Source of the DNA: an uncultured Ignavibacteriales bacterium
Lineage (GTDB): Bacteria > Zixibacteria > MSB-5A5 > GN15 > FEB-12
DNA length: 64,000 nt
Assembly (NCBI GenBank): GCA_964464605.1
Contig: CAYXJN010000003.1
Coordinates: 1 to 64,000 of the forward strand
Direction: 5' to 3'
Shown piece after piece: positions 50,986-60,397 of this stretch (positions are counted from its first letter, which is position 1; every line of letters starts with the position of its first letter). The notes under the pieces are model-generated. The model was given only the letters and a program-made list of their open reading frames with translations. It was not told the DNA's origin and did no database searches. A program made the translations under genes and the position numbers.

Positions 50986-51222
50986 ATGAACCGTTCTATC
51001 CAGTTGGCACAGCCTTTAGGCCCGTCCGCCAGGGCGTGGTGCAATCTTGCTCCAAGCACCCGGCCAGCGGCTAAATCCAGCCCGGATACGACCGAATCCT
51101 ACGTCCTCGAATCACACCTTGATAGTGCCAATCCAAACTCGATATTAACGCCGCTGAAGATACAGTCGTATTATGTCAACTACTTTCTCGGTGGCGATGC
51201 ACAACCATCAGCGTGCCCGTAA
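50986..51222 (+). CDS. Small ORF or gene relic ending in a degenerate dockerin-like tail
   Basis: Ends YYVNYFLGGDAQPSACP*, compared with YLVQFLFNSGAQPPACP* of the next gene; GGAG/AAGG precede the ATG. Confidence 0.45.
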   Translation: MNRSIQLAQPLGPSARAWCNLAPSTRPAAKSSPDTTESYVLESHLDSANPNSILTPLKIQSYYVNYFLGGDAQPSACP

Positions 51223-51247
51223 AGTAACTAAAATGCAGGGAGTTTGT

Positions 51248-54200
51248 ATGAGAAACTTGATTAAGCTTGTCTTGCTCGTTTTCTTGACATGCAGTTTCAG
51301 CGTTCAAATCGCCTTTGGTTTACCGTCCGGTTCAGTGACTCTAGACCACGTCGATGGTCAGTTGAATGGCGATACAGTTGGTCTAGGAACAATATCCTTC
51401 TACTTGAAAGTCGCGGTGAATGGCGGCAGCACTTCAATCAGTGGGTACACAACCGGTTTTCGTATTTACTCACCTGATGGCGCTACGTGGGGGGTACCAG
51501 CCGGTGATACGCTAAACAATATTAATGCTCCATTTGAGGGTGCACATGTAATCAACTACTTTAGCGCTGATGGGCTTCTGGCAGATACCATCGGTTTTGG
51601 TGGAATTAGCTTTAGCTCTCCACATTTGGAACCGTTGTTTAATGCTATCTCCTTCAAGCTTACAGTACACACTTCTGCCGACGACATTGGGAAAACTATA
51701 TGCTTGGACTCTTCATTCTTTCGGCCTGGGAATAGTTGGCTTTGGGCCTCTCCAGGTGGAGGTGGATCCGCTAAACCAACATGGTCAGGACCGCATTGTT
51801 TTCTTGTTGTAGATAGCTCACTATTCACTGACTTTGACGGCGATGGCATCCCTGACTCTGTCGACAATTGCCCCGCGACTGCCAATGTAAATCAAGCTGA
51901 TACGGATGGGGACGGCGATGGCAATGTTTGTGATAACTGTGTTTCAATTGCAAATTCGACACAACAGAATGCTGACGGAGACGCGCTGGGTGACGCCTGC
52001 GATGCTTGTCCCAACGATACCTTTAACGACCAAGATGGAGATGGAATCTGTGGCGATATTGACAATTGCGTTCAGGTGTCTAACACCAATCAGCTTGACG
52101 CGGATGATGACGGAAAAGGAGACGCCTGCGACCCAGGTGAGGTCCTATTTTCTGGCACGCCACTGTATGGTGCGCCACCTCTGAGCGTAACCTTTACCGA
52201 TCAATCCATAGCCACCAGTTCACCGCTCACTGGCTGGACCTGGGACTTCGGGGATGGTGGGAGTAGCGTTACTCAAAATCCCATTCATGTATATACGACC
52301 GCGGGATTCTTTGATGTACGACTGGTTATTTCCAACGGCGTTTCAATCGATACTCTTGTAAAAAGTGTATACGTTGTTACGGATACGTCGGGCGCTCCGT
52401 TTTCGATAACCTCACAGTTTAGTGCGGAAATGGTGTTTCTAAAATCCGCTGATATTGACCTCGATAATTACACCGATATTGTGTATTCATCAAGCAACTT
52501 AGCCCCGGCTGAGTTAGAGGGACTTTGGATAGCATTCGGAAATGCGGCTGGTAACTTTAATACGCCAATTCGAATTTCACTGGAGCGGCTGACTGCAATA
52601 GCAATCGACTTTGTTAATCAGGATTCCCTACCAGACATTATCGCGGCTGGAAGTGTCGATGGACTAGACGTCCATTTGCTCTTGAACAATAACAACCGCA
52701 CCTTCACAACCAGTTCCTTTGGAAATTTCAGCGACGTTATTCCTGCAGTTGCAACGGGATATTTTGACGACGACCAATTCCTTGACATTATTGTGACAAA
52801 CGGCAAAATTTATTACGGCGATGGTAACGGCGGATTCCCAACTTCACTAAGCCTTTCACCTACATTCAAGGCTGTCGACGTCGCCGACTTTGACAATGAT
52901 GGACAGGATGATTATGTTGCTAATATTGGAGATTCTGCGAAAATTTTTCTAAACAACGGTTTGGGAGGATTCAGTCAATCGGGCGCGATATTCACAGGAA
53001 CATCAACCAGCAGTATTTCCACATCCAACGGTTTGGCGGACTTCAATCGGGACGGAAATGTCGATTTCGCCGCTGTCACCTATCTAGGCAACCTCCCTCC
53101 TAACAAAAGCATCATTACGATCGGTTTTGGCAATGGTTCAGGTGGATTTATTACATTTGATACGTTGCGAATCGACGGCTATGGGCTAACTGCCGTCGTG
53201 ACTGATGTTGATAGAGATAACTTCCTCGATGTGGCGACCACAAGCGCCGGTCTACCCGATCGTTTAGTAGTGTTTCTCGGCAATGGCACTACTGACTTTA
53301 TTGACTCATCTATTACTACATTTGCAAGCAATGCCGGAAACATACTGGCATTGACATCTCTCGATATGGATAGGGATGGCAACCCTGACTTTGTTACTGG
53401 TTCCTATATTGATGAATCCAGTATTTTCCTTTTGTACAACCTTCTTCCGGCAGCACCAGTTTTGCCAGATGAGATGGTAGTAACAACATTCTGCGACACA
53501 ACCGGTTCTAATTACGAAATCAGTGTGTCGAACCCGCTTGCGTTTGAGATATCACCTGATGTTCGAACAGTGGCAGGATCATTTTATTGGCGGCTCGATG
53601 GAGATCTAAATGGAGCACTAGACGATCGAACAGTCGATTACAATCTCCAATACGGCGAGTACTTACTCGTTTTCAACCGAAATTCCGCTTTGGGCGGTGG
53701 AAAGTTGAGTGCGACGATTGGCATCAATGGTACACAGGCATTTCGGATTTTTCACGATTACGATGCATCGACCAAAGATGCTCATGCAAGTGACACAGTT
53801 TCGTTTTATTTCAAAGTGGAACCCGTATCGTCGGTACTCCCAGTCAACGGCCGCCAAACTCAGAGCGCCCAACCCGCCTTTCAGTGGAAAGGACTTATCG
53901 ACTCGGTTGGTGTAATGAGATATCACTTCCAGTTGGATGAATACCACGACCTGCGTGGTCCTCGTTTTCAGGATTCCAATTTGACCACACGGCAATTCCT
54001 GGCACCTTTGGAGTTAGGAGTTGATTCGATTTACTATTGGCGAGTGAGATCTCTTAATGGTTTTGGCTGGTCAGATTGGTCTCGAACTTTTGCGGCCTAT
54101 ATTGGCCCGGGCTGCTGTGTAGGTATCCGCGGGAATGTGAACAATACCGGTGGAATAACGGTAGCCGATTTAACCTACTTGGTGCAGTACCTTTTTAACA

Positions 54201-54328
54201 GCGGGCTGGCCCCAGTATGCACCAACGAAGCAAATGTGAACGGCGCCGGAGGCATCACGGTAGCTGACTTAACGTATTTGGTACAATTTCTCTTTAACAG
54301 TGGCGCCCAACCGCCGGCGTGCCCGTAA
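51248..54328 (+). CDS. Secreted multidomain protein: cohesin-like N-domain, TSP3 repeats, PKD, FG-GAP repeats, FN3-like domain, dockerin-like tail
   Basis: GGGAG SD and signal peptide MRNLIKLVLLVFL, D.DGDG..D..DNC repeats, WTWDFGDG, ADFDNDG.DD, YYWRVR, duplicated GGITVADLTYLV. Confidence 0.88.
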   Translation: MRNLIKLVLLVFLTCSFSVQIAFGLPSGSVTLDHVDGQLNGDTVGLGTISFYLKVAVNGGSTSISGYTTGFRIYSPDGATWGVPAGDTLNNINAPFEGAHVINYFSADGLLADTIGFGGISFSSPHLEPLFNAISFKLTVHTSADDIGKTICLDSSFFRPGNSWLWASPGGGGSAKPTWSGPHCFLVVDSSLFTDFDGDGIPDSVDNCPATANVNQADTDGDGDGNVCDNCVSIANSTQQNADGDALGDACDACPNDTFNDQDGDGICGDIDNCVQVSNTNQLDADDDGKGDACDPGEVLFSGTPLYGAPPLSVTFTDQSIATSSPLTGWTWDFGDGGSSVTQNPIHVYTTAGFFDVRLVISNGVSIDTLVKSVYVVTDTSGAPFSITSQFSAEMVFLKSADIDLDNYTDIVYSSSNLAPAELEGLWIAFGNAAGNFNTPIRISLERLTAIAIDFVNQDSLPDIIAAGSVDGLDVHLLLNNNNRTFTTSSFGNFSDVIPAVATGYFDDDQFLDIIVTNGKIYYGDGNGGFPTSLSLSPTFKAVDVADFDNDGQDDYVANIGDSAKIFLNNGLGGFSQSGAIFTGTSTSSISTSNGLADFNRDGNVDFAAVTYLGNLPPNKSIITIGFGNGSGGFITFDTLRIDGYGLTAVVTDVDRDNFLDVATTSAGLPDRLVVFLGNGTTDFIDSSITTFASNAGNILALTSLDMDRDGNPDFVTGSYIDESSIFLLYNLLPAAPVLPDEMVVTTFCDTTGSNYEISVSNPLAFEISPDVRTVAGSFYWRLDGDLNGALDDRTVDYNLQYGEYLLVFNRNSALGGGKLSATIGINGTQAFRIFHDYDASTKDAHASDTVSFYFKVEPVSSVLPVNGRQTQSAQPAFQWKGLIDSVGVMRYHFQLDEYHDLRGPRFQDSNLTTRQFLAPLELGVDSIYYWRVRSLNGFGWSDWSRTFAAYIGPGCCVGIRGNVNNTGGITVADLTYLVQYLFNSGLAPVCTNEANVNGAGGITVADLTYLVQFLFNSGAQPPACP

Positions 54329-54646
54329 AAATTGGAGTCCTCAGCCGACAAGTTCGATTGACAATAGTTTACCGCTTATTGGCTTCATCGACAGTCGGTT
54401 GATGGAACTTCTAGTTTAGTCTCGTCGATACCGCAGGAAGACAGAGTTGCTTCTGGCGAAGTCTTACGGAAACCTGCCAGATCTCACGTCAACCACTCGG
54501 ATGCTATTTGGATGCGATGAGGGTACAAACTCCCCCTCTCCTACCCATATTTTGACAAATTCAACTAAAGTACCTATCAAAATGCCAGAGACGGAGTTAG
54601 GCCGAAACTCTATTGCTACCAATCAATTAACAAAATGATACTACGA

Positions 54647-54670
54647 GAATCCCTGTCTCTCCGCCATAAA
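54647..54670 (+). repeat. attR core (duplicated tRNA-Ser 3' end)
   Basis: GAATCCCTGTCTCTCCGCCATAAA, identical to 25219-25242. Confidence 0.95.
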
Positions 54671-54696
54671 ATTATCACTGTAAAAAAAACGACGAA

Positions 54697-55863
54697 CTAC
54701 CGCGTCGCGGCAATCACTACATATCGCCACAGCGGCTGCCAAATTTCAATTTTGTTACTGGCAGTATACAGCGTAGGAATCGCAAGATTCGCCAAAAAGA
54801 CCCAGCCGATCCAGCTTCGAATTTGAAATCGATTTTCCTGCCATAAAAAGAGCAGTGAAATTGGCATCACCATAAAGCCGAGTGTGAACATTCGTGAGGT
54901 ATCCCCCGCGATCAACAACTGTGCATATGCCCCTCCCAAAAGAAAAATAAAACCTAACAACTCCATCCGTTTTCGCTCAATTATATAGGCAACGCACGTG
55001 AGTAGCGGGAAAATCCATAAAAGCTTGAACACGGAAAAAGCACCAAGACCGTGGTAGGGGAATGTCTGCCAAAACATTTTCAGCGGATCCTTAAAAAAGG
55101 GAGTGGAATAATAATACCATGAGTATTTAATAGCGGCATGAGAGGCAATCCACTCACGATAAAAATAGTATCCGGCCATAGAAATGCCGAAACCGACAAC
55201 AATTTCGAACAGCACAGACAGTGATTTCTTTTCCTGAAAACGAAGCAGGACAAACCAGGGAACCAAGAAAAGCACAGATTCTCGATTCAGCAGCCCCAAA
55301 AAGAAAAACAGATAAAACAACAATACCTTTTTGCGAAACCACCACATCAAGAACAACAGCAGGTAGGTTGCTGAATCGGCATATCCGCCGCAATGGATGG
55401 TCGTAAGCGTAACGAGCGAAAACGTTATTGCCGCAACGGCAAAAAAAGTATCCGATAATCGTTGCGCGCGCTCAACAAAATATTTCGCAACGCAAAACAG
55501 CAGCGCTCCGGCGAGAAGCACATTAGTAACGATGATTAACTCCCCGCGCAACCCCAGAAGGAAACTGAGCAACGGCGTAAGACGGCGGAAACCAACGTCA
55601 TTCGGAGTAACAAAATCAAACGGGTTCGCCGCTAATTTAGCGTACCATGCGCCCAAACCATAACAGTTAGTGTCCAGACGAACGTACAACAATGCGCATC
55701 CTAAAAACGCAATGCCAAGTATCAGACAAAACCGGGTTGTCCCCCACTTGTTTCTTTTTTCTGATAACTTTGTTTCGAGCCAGTCATGCGGCAGGCGCTC
55801 CAGCCGCCACCCGAATGCCTTGGCTAAAAGAAGATAGATAATCCCTGCGCTGATCATCACCAA
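54697..55863 (-). CDS. Polytopic membrane protein, possibly GT-C glycosyltransferase-like
   Basis: About 10 hydrophobic segments, FRRLTP, LLNRES, DTSRM. Confidence 0.65.
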   Translation of the reverse strand: MVMISAGIIYLLLAKAFGWRLERLPHDWLETKLSEKRNKWGTTRFCLILGIAFLGCALLYVRLDTNCYGLGAWYAKLAANPFDFVTPNDVGFRRLTPLLSFLLGLRGELIIVTNVLLAGALLFCVAKYFVERAQRLSDTFFAVAAITFSLVTLTTIHCGGYADSATYLLLFLMWWFRKKVLLFYLFFFLGLLNRESVLFLVPWFVLLRFQEKKSLSVLFEIVVGFGISMAGYYFYREWIASHAAIKYSWYYYSTPFFKDPLKMFWQTFPYHGLGAFSVFKLLWIFPLLTCVAYIIERKRMELLGFIFLLGGAYAQLLIAGDTSRMFTLGFMVMPISLLFLWQENRFQIRSWIGWVFLANLAIPTLYTASNKIEIWQPLWRYVVIAATR

Positions 55864-55939
55864 ACGATAAGCTAATTAATGAAAGATCCGATAGTTAAAT
55901 TTTACGCAAATAGATAATATGATCACCTACCGTTTTTCA

Positions 55940-56362
55940 TCACCGCCACAGCGACAGGATGATTGCGCTGGTGAGTATGCCGATGAAGGAATAGCCGGCA
56001 TCAATGAAAAATAGCTTGAGTGATTTCCCTTCGCAATTATAGGCAACACCGATAGTCACCACGCTGAATCCTATTCCCGCGAACACAGCCACTTTTATAG
56101 CGGAGACAAGAGAATGAGAATTCGCCATCAACACAATTACGCCGACAGCAAAGGCGGTTACCAAGCTGCCAAGAAACGTTACCGCAAACCGTGCCGCCAT
56201 TTGCTGCTTAGTCGGCTGCGCTATTTTGACTCCATGCTTCGCGATTTCTGATGACCACAAATCAAAAAACAACATATACCAAGCCGTCCCGGCCACAAAA
56301 GCAGCCACTCCGGCCACTAACACCGCCCAATAATTCATGTTGTTAAAAATAAGCTGTCGCAT
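55940..56362 (-). CDS. DUF1761-like small membrane protein
   Basis: MNYWAVLVA....F..G..WY..F...W, KLFFIDAGY; four TMs. Confidence 0.75.
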   Translation of the reverse strand: MRQLIFNNMNYWAVLVAGVAAFVAGTAWYMLFFDLWSSEIAKHGVKIAQPTKQQMAARFAVTFLGSLVTAFAVGVIVLMANSHSLVSAIKVAVFAGIGFSVVTIGVAYNCEGKSLKLFFIDAGYSFIGILTSAIILSLWR

Positions 56363-56410
56363 AACACCCTTCCGCTATAAAAAGGTTTTAGTACAACGAA
56401 CAAAATCAAT

Positions 56411-57706
56411 TTATGCAAACTTCCCAATCAGCACCGTGATATCATCCGACTGCTCGGCTGTTCCACGGAAAGCTGCGAGCTCAGCACGGATACCATCCGC
56501 AATCACCGTCGGCGGATTCATATACTGCTTGCCCAGAAATTCAAGAAAACGGGGAATGTCGTACAGTTCATCCTTGGTGTTCATACATTCGGTAACGCCG
56601 TCAGTGTAGAGCACAATCAAATCATTCGGCTCAACGGTAAGCGTGCGAACAGTAAACGGAAACTCCGGCATAACGCCGACAGGAATATCACCGTGTAATT
56701 GTTCTTCGATGGTGCCATCCGGCTTGACGCGGTACGGATTCAGATGCCCGGCGTTGATATACTCAAGCGTTCTGGTTTTGCTGTCATAAATACAAAACAC
56801 CGCCGTGAGATAACGACCAGGCTCGGTAAATTCAAAAATCAGTTTATTTAATCCATGCACCACCGCTGTCAACAGTGATGCCGTACCGAGTTCTGTGAGC
56901 TGCGAGCGCACCACCGCCTGCGCATTGGACATAAGCAACGCGGCCGGAATTCCTTTGCCGGAAACATCACCGAGTGAAAAGAAAATACGATGATCGTCGA
57001 GCGTCTGAATGTCATACAAATCTCCGCCGACACCGCGAGCGGCATCATTGAATCCAAAAAATTCACCGTATGATGTTTTCACTAAATCCTTCGGCAAAAA
57101 CCCACGCTGAATATCCTTGGCGACATTGACTTCTTTTTCGATCGCCTTCAATTGCAGCTCTTTTTCCATCAGCCGCGCGTTCTCGATAATCTTTGCCGTC
57201 TGCACGCCAAGAATACCGAGGAATCGTTTGTCGGTGTCGGTGAATCCATCCGCATCCGATTTGTTAAACACAGCCATAAGACCCATCAACCCACCCTTTG
57301 ACAAAAGCGGTACCGCCAAAATCGAACGGATTCCAAGTTTCGCAAAGTTGACGGCTTTTAGCCCGTCATGTTCATCCGGATTGTTGGATAACAGAATCGA
57401 CTTGTTTTTAATCATCCAGCCGGACAAGGCCATGTTGACGTGAAACGGAAGGCTTTCTTGCGACGGTTTCATTTCACGAACGAAGGTTTTGAACTGCTCC
57501 TGCTCATCGGTTTTGTCTTTATCCGAAAGCAGGTAAACCGCCCCCTGCTCTGCTTTAACGCGCCGGAGACAATGATCGACCGTAATCTGGGTGATTTTTT
57601 CGACCGACATGGAGACATTGATAGCCGAAGCTATCTGATTTAACGCCGTCAGTTCCTCGACGGCGTTTTTCATGCGTGCCCATTCGGCATCTGAAATTGT
57701 TGGCAT
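56411..57706 (-). CDS. GAF + PP2C/SpoIIE (RsbU-like) protein phosphatase
   Basis: GAF region, A..IQ..FLP, VGGDLYD, GDVSGKG.PAAL, NAGH, YTDGVTE, DDIT. Start is probably MPTISD at 57706. Confidence 0.93.
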   Translation of the reverse strand: MPTISDAEWARMKNAVEELTALNQIASAINVSMSVEKITQITVDHCLRRVKAEQGAVYLLSDKDKTDEQEQFKTFVREMKPSQESLPFHVNMALSGWMIKNKSILLSNNPDEHDGLKAVNFAKLGIRSILAVPLLSKGGLMGLMAVFNKSDADGFTDTDKRFLGILGVQTAKIIENARLMEKELQLKAIEKEVNVAKDIQRGFLPKDLVKTSYGEFFGFNDAARGVGGDLYDIQTLDDHRIFFSLGDVSGKGIPAALLMSNAQAVVRSQLTELGTASLLTAVVHGLNKLIFEFTEPGRYLTAVFCIYDSKTRTLEYINAGHLNPYRVKPDGTIEEQLHGDIPVGVMPEFPFTVRTLTVEPNDLIVLYTDGVTECMNTKDELYDIPRFLEFLGKQYMNPPTVIADGIRAELAAFRGTAEQSDDITVLIGKFA

Positions 57707-57813
57707 CGCCTTAAACCCGGTGGTATACTTCTTGTCTTGTCCGTTCCATGATGTGGGATAATACAAGAGCGAATGGGCTAAGGCAATTATAAGGATACGA
57801 ACCAAACATCACT

Positions 57814-60207
57814 ATGTCGCATTCTCCCGGTACACAAATAGGCCCGTTTATCATCGAAGAACTGCTCGGCCGCGGCGGTTTTGGAGAAGTTTACAAAGCC
57901 AAAGACCCGCACAATGACCGGTATGTCGCCTTAAAAACCATTCTGAATCCGGGCAATCTGACCGAACAGTCAAAATCAAGCCTGGCGATGGAGGCTAAAC
58001 GCGCTGCCGGAATCGATTCCCCCTACGTTGTCAAAATCTGGGAATCCTCCCTTGAGGAAAATCCATATATCGCTATGGAGTATGTCCCGGGAGCGGATTT
58101 GCGCTCTATGCTCCCGCTCCATGACTTCGAACATGGCCTCACCCTCGCCAAACAGATCGGCGCCGGAATTCTGGCCGCCCACACGCACGGTCTTATTCAC
58201 CGGGACTTAAAACCGGAAAACATCAAATTCAGCGAAAACGGAGAACCGAAAATCCTCGATTTCGGCTTGGCGCAGGCAGTCGACACCGACTCGGTCGACG
58301 ATCAGGGGAATATCGCCGGTACGCTGCATTATATTTCTCCCGAACAGCTCTCCGGCCAGCCGCTTTCAGTACGTTCCGATTTGTTCAGCTTTGGGGTAAT
58401 TGTCTATGAACTGTTAACCGGTTACCGGCCCTTTGAAGGGGATTACCCGGCCAGTATTATCTATTCGATTCTGCATGAGGACCCGATTCCTCCATCCCAG
58501 CGTTACCCCGATTTACCCGGCTGGGTCGACTTCTTTTTAGGAAAACTGCTCGCCAAAAATCCGGACGAACGCTTTCCCGACATGACCGAAACACTGGACG
58601 GGTTGGAATCCTACCAATCATCCGGCGGTGCAGCGGCATTTTTGTCGGGTACCATTCTGCGCAAACAGCGGGTAACCGTTATTGATCTGCGAAATCTTTC
58701 CGGCGACCAGTCTTGGGATTACTTCTGTATGGGCTTCACGGAAGAAGTTATTCGTGAACTCTCGCTCCGTACCGATTTAATCATCAGCCCGGAGCCGGCC
58801 ACCGCCGCACAACGGGATATCCGCGCCATTTTCAAAAAATGCCATTCCGATTTTGTGATGACCGGATCACTGATGAAATGGCAGGAAAATATCAAACTGA
58901 ATTTGGCTGTTTATGGGGATGAAGGGGACAAAATCATCTCGGCGCAAAACTATTCCGACAAAGCAGACAATCTGTTCGCTCTCCTTTCGACAGCTGCGCA
59001 AGATGCCGCCTATGCCTTAGCAGCGCACACCGGTCAGGCGGCGATTCACGTCCCGCAACAGCAGGCGACTGATATTTCCGCATACGATTTCTATCTGAAA
59101 GCGCGCAGTTACTACCAGACCAACACACCCGATGATTTGCAGCATGCTATCAAACTTTACAACAAAGTGCTGGAGATTGCACCTCAATATGCGCTCGCTC
59201 ACGCCGGATTGTCGGATGTCTACACCTTCCAGTACATGGCCTATTATGACCGAACGCCGGAACGAATCGAAATGGCCAAAAAAGAAGCGGAAAAAGCGCT
59301 CGCTATCGCCCCGACCCTGCCGGAAGCGCACCGCTCACTCGGGCGGTACTACCAGTTTACCGGCAATGAAGCCGCTGCCGAACAGTGTTTCGGCAAAGCG
59401 ATTGAGTTCAACCCGAAATACGCTATCGCCTATCGTACACTCGGCTGGTTAAAACGGGGCGCCGGTAAATACACAGAAGCGATGAAGTACGCCCAAAAAG
59501 CGATTGAACTCGCCCCGACTGATCTGGAAACGCTTTTGTTGCTCAGCTTAATCAGCATGGACCAGAAACAGTACACCCCCGCAATGGCAACCCTGCAGCG
59601 CGCAATTGAACTGGGACCGGACTACGGACGCGCCTATTACAATCTTGGTGCGGTGTACATGAAGCTCGGCGTATTCGAAGTTGCGCTGGAGAATTTCTTG
59701 TTGGCTATCAAGTACAAAGGTGACCCGAACTGTTATATAGATGCCGGGTATCTGCACATGACGATGGGTGCGATGGACAAAGCCAAAGAGCGGTTCAAAG
59801 AATCGATCGACGCCGGGTATCTCACGTTTGTTTCCCACTACTACTCCGCCTGTGTCGATTTGTTAGAAGGAAAAGAACAGCAGGCAAAGGTATCGCTGGT
59901 CAAGGCGCTCGAAATGACCGCTTCCGAAGCTGCCGACCCGGTTCAAGGAGACCTTCCTACCATCGGTTTTCATGTTTTATCCCTTGCCGCGCTCGGTTAT
60001 GAGGATGAGGCCAAACGGATTTTAGAGATAATCGAACCCCGGGCGGAGGGACATGGAGAGGTGCTCCATAGTATTGCCCGAGCCTACGCCCGGCTGGGCA
60101 ACCATGCCAAAGCCTATGAGGTGCTTCACAAATCCTTCGCTGCCCATGCCGGACCGACCGAACGGGAGGTTTCCATCGACCCCCATTTTGTAAAGTTCAA
60201 CGACTGA
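57814..60207 (+). CDS. Hanks-type Ser/Thr kinase with TolB-like and TPR domains (chromosomal copy)
   Basis: GRGGFG, VALK, HRDLKPEN, DFG, SPE, TPRs; colinear with 48421-50814, both 797 aa. Confidence 0.93.
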   Translation: MSHSPGTQIGPFIIEELLGRGGFGEVYKAKDPHNDRYVALKTILNPGNLTEQSKSSLAMEAKRAAGIDSPYVVKIWESSLEENPYIAMEYVPGADLRSMLPLHDFEHGLTLAKQIGAGILAAHTHGLIHRDLKPENIKFSENGEPKILDFGLAQAVDTDSVDDQGNIAGTLHYISPEQLSGQPLSVRSDLFSFGVIVYELLTGYRPFEGDYPASIIYSILHEDPIPPSQRYPDLPGWVDFFLGKLLAKNPDERFPDMTETLDGLESYQSSGGAAAFLSGTILRKQRVTVIDLRNLSGDQSWDYFCMGFTEEVIRELSLRTDLIISPEPATAAQRDIRAIFKKCHSDFVMTGSLMKWQENIKLNLAVYGDEGDKIISAQNYSDKADNLFALLSTAAQDAAYALAAHTGQAAIHVPQQQATDISAYDFYLKARSYYQTNTPDDLQHAIKLYNKVLEIAPQYALAHAGLSDVYTFQYMAYYDRTPERIEMAKKEAEKALAIAPTLPEAHRSLGRYYQFTGNEAAAEQCFGKAIEFNPKYAIAYRTLGWLKRGAGKYTEAMKYAQKAIELAPTDLETLLLLSLISMDQKQYTPAMATLQRAIELGPDYGRAYYNLGAVYMKLGVFEVALENFLLAIKYKGDPNCYIDAGYLHMTMGAMDKAKERFKESIDAGYLTFVSHYYSACVDLLEGKEQQAKVSLVKALEMTASEAADPVQGDLPTIGFHVLSLAALGYEDEAKRILEIIEPRAEGHGEVLHSIARAYARLGNHAKAYEVLHKSFAAHAGPTEREVSIDPHFVKFND

Positions 60208-60397
60208 CCGCAGCTTCCATCTTTTTCCGCCGATAACCTTCCTAAGCATCTATTAAAACATTGACTAATAATGCCTTTTGCCGCTTATTTAGGGTCAAGT
60301 ACAGTGAACACAGGTCGATCAAGCAGGGTGATACACCCAAATCGAACTAAGCATCAATGAACGGGCACCGATTGCCATGCCTGAAGAAAGAGAACAA

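Larger units (their letters stand above)
25219..54670. mobile_element. tRNA-Ser-integrated genomic island (~29.4 kb) with an int-xis-primase/helicase core and defence, mutagenesis and surface-protein cargo
   Basis: Flanking 24-bp repeat of the tRNA 3' end, adjacent tyrosine integrase and excisionase; no capsid or conjugation genes seen. Confidence 0.92.

Noticed and set aside
25345..54646. Prophage or conjugative element (ICE)
   Set aside because: No capsid, terminase, tail, lysis, T4SS or relaxase genes were recognised.
48421..60207. Kinase duplication as an assembly artefact or DGR template/variable repeat pair
   Set aside because: The copies differ throughout at all base types, not only at adenines, and there is no reverse transcriptase.
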